From: Vicugna vicugna
Taxonomy: Eukaryota
Length of the DNA: 64,000 nucleotides
Reading direction: 5' to 3'
Assembly (NCBI GenBank): GCA_013265495.1
Contig: MU060547.1
Coordinates: forward strand, 9,077,643-9,141,642
The first letter of the stretch is position 1, and each line of letters opens with the position of its first letter. The translations under genes were made by a program, and so were the position numbers. Shown here in pieces: positions 61,721 to 64,000 of the stretch. The notes beneath the pieces were generated by a model, which made no database searches, was not told the DNA's origin, and saw only the letters and a program-made list of their open reading frames with translations.

Positions 61721-64000
61721 AANNNNNNNNNNNNNNNNNNNNNNNNNNNNNNNNNNNNNNNNNNNNNNNNNNNNNNNNNNNNNNNNNNNNNNNNNNNNNN
61801 NNNNNNNNNNNNNNNNNNNNNNNNNNNNNNNNNNNNNNNNNNNNNNNNNNNNNNNNNNNNNTCTGTCCTTCAAGTCCACGTGGCAAATCTTTTTCTTTAA
61901 CTAGTTTGAATGAGAGGTCTGTGCCCAGAAGGGGTACCATATCGCAGTCACGATCTGCAGAGCAGAATTTTTCCCCCTTAATCGAGCTATTTCCAATTGA
62001 ATGGCGCTGGCAGTTTTGATACCGGCAGTGTGTGTTATTACACAACAGCTACTAGTCCGTTCCAGGTTGTCAGCATCACCGTGAGGAGACGGATTCCACC
62101 CCTCCCCTGTATTTGAAGGGCTCTGTGGTTTGTTTACAGAGCATTTCACGTGCAAGGTCTCAGGTCAGCCTCACGCTGACCCTGGCAGTAAATAAATAAC
62201 ATCGCCCCCATTGGGTGATGAAAAGAACCCAGGCTGGGAATGAACGAAAAGAAAACTGGGTCCAATCTCTCTGTGCTGCTAATGTAAGATGTTGGAGAAC
62301 GGTCTGTGGTTTAGAGAATGAAGATCTATTTTTAACAATGTTCTGTTCTTCTTACCACAGTCCAACATTGTCCTAAAGTTTGATTTCATAGAAGTATTTT
62401 CCACAGCCCTCTAAGTCAGGCTTAGAAATTCTTTTCTGCCTCTGGGCCTTGTTTTGCTTTGAGGTGAGGATGGCGAGCTCGGATTTTTCTTGCATAATCT
62501 CTCCGTTTTGTATTTAATTCTCTACCTGAAAACCTGTAATGCCACTTTGATTCTATCGCAGTAAAGGAAAGCAATCTCTTATTTCTGCTATTTAAAAACT
62601 GGCTATCTAAGATGAAAGGAACTATATATAAATGTGTTTATCCAAAGGCCTTCTGAATATTTCATTTCTAATGGAAATGCTGGATGTTTTTAAGCAACAT
62701 TACCTCTTACAAAACAATCTGAAAAGAAAAAAAAATTGCACAAGGATAACAAAGACTGTTTTTTATAGGAAGAAGCTGGTTTTCACAAAAATATGCTTCT
62801 CAGTTCGTAAGATGGCTAGAAAATGCGTTATAGATAGAAAATAGCTAAGTCAGAGTCACAGTTTTAAAGATGCTTTCAGATGGGAGTATGTATTCAGTAT
62901 TTTTTAACGTGTACTGGCATGTATCTGGATGGGCTTTTTAAAAGAGAAATCACAAGTTTAGTAAAATCTAAGAAACTTTAAGACTGTGTCATTTATAATG
63001 TAAAATTAATGCAGTTGAAATTCAGAGATTGACTCATAGCTCCCACATTCCTCTCTAGTTCTCTTTAGCTCATATGGTTTTCTTTAAAAATTAAGTGATA
63101 TCAGCTAAATGGGACTATTTCCCACTTCTACCCACAGAGAAAAGTGCTTTTGTGAACGTGTCAGCTCTTTTCCATCACGGCATGCCTTCAGGGAGTGCGG
63201 CAGAAGCAGGCTGGCTGGTCCTACTCATCACCAACAGGACAGGTTCAGGAACAAAATCCAAATAAGATAAACTTAACATTTCCATTTGTTTATTTTATGC
63301 ACACAAGCCACTTTTTTAGTATCAAGGAATTTTATATCTGGACAGGCTCTTTCAGGTCTTTCAATCTAGCTTCTTTGTTTTGGATCTGGGGAAACAACGG
63401 CACAGAGAGGCTCAGCAACTTGCCCAGGGTCACACAGCACTCAGCTGAGCCTAGAACTCAGATCTGTGTGACTGCAAAGACCTTGCTCCTGCTGCTGCAA
63501 TGCTTCACAGAAAGATTATTTGGTCCATGCCCTTTCCACAGCCCTCACTGCTGCCACTCAAGGATACCCTCCATTGGTGTCATGCTAATTAGGAGGCAGT
63601 TTCACAAACGTCCTGTAAAAGCCCTTCAGATGTGTGAAGATGTGAAGCCAGCTACCATATCTCTGCAGAAATCTTCTCAGCTCTGCTCCTTGCAATCAAC
63701 TTAGGTTTCTCCAGATTAAGCAGTGCTATCACGCCTTCCTGTGATTTGCTTTCTAGTTACCATCTTCTGGACACATTCCACTGATACCTTACAGTTTTAT
63801 TAAAATGGTACCCACCCAAAATGGGACACCACCTTGTCCCTCATCCTTATCTTCCCAGTGTCCACTGATCCCATGGCTGTCCTTCCAGTGTCACCGCCCT
63901 ACCAACTCAGTGGCCATTCCTTCTCGTCCTCCCCTTCCAACCCCAGCATCTGAGCAATTTCTCCCAGAGCTCACCCCTTTCTACTTCTACTACTCAAATT

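Noticed and set aside
2594-62045. ORFs made mostly of X
   Set aside because: Artefacts of translating N-runs.
58987-63704. ORFs 58987-59280, 60815-61318 and 63195-63704
   Set aside because: No recognisable domain; 63195-63704 reads through a MIR. Lengths are compatible with chance.
1-64000. CRISPR array, rRNA, snoRNA/miRNA, NUMT or intact retroviral/L1 ORFs
   Set aside because: No regularly spaced repeats and no recognisable rRNA or mitochondrial sequence. All mobile elements are truncated or degenerate. Small ncRNAs cannot be excluded without an Infernal/Rfam search.

Overview
Mammalian genomic DNA, most likely a camelid. It carries five tRNA-Ala-derived Vic-1-type SINEs, and I saw no Alu, BovB/Bov-tA or PRE-1 elements. 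The only protein-coding gene I can support is ZNF706 on the + strand. Visible parts are a CpG-island promoter (~38.3-39.55 kb), a non-coding exon 1 ending at 39077, and the last coding exon at 44208-44315, which encodes TQMPDPKTFKQHFESKHPKTPLPPELADVQA*. The first coding exon and the start of the terminal exon are not visible and are inferred to lie in N-runs at 42271-42450 and 45008-45332. The upstream 38 kb is intergenic and dense in old repeats (L1, L2, MIR, MaLR/ERVL solo LTRs, Tigger/hAT/Tc2 DNA transposons) and has two strong CTCF motifs. The downstream 52-64 kb is repeat-poor and keeps its CpGs, with two small CpG-rich patches and an AP-1 motif cluster, so it looks like an enhancer or lncRNA-promoter domain. 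There is no CRISPR array, rRNA or true tRNA gene. The ORF-track ORFs are spurious or L1 remnants. I cannot demonstrate a new biological system from this sequence. The best leads are the translational architecture of the ZNF706 leader, a candidate convergent lncRNA promoter at ~61.3-61.7 kb, and two atypical TSD-flanked insertions. Repeat family names and human ZNF706 details come from memory, not database searches, and most repeat boundaries are approximate.
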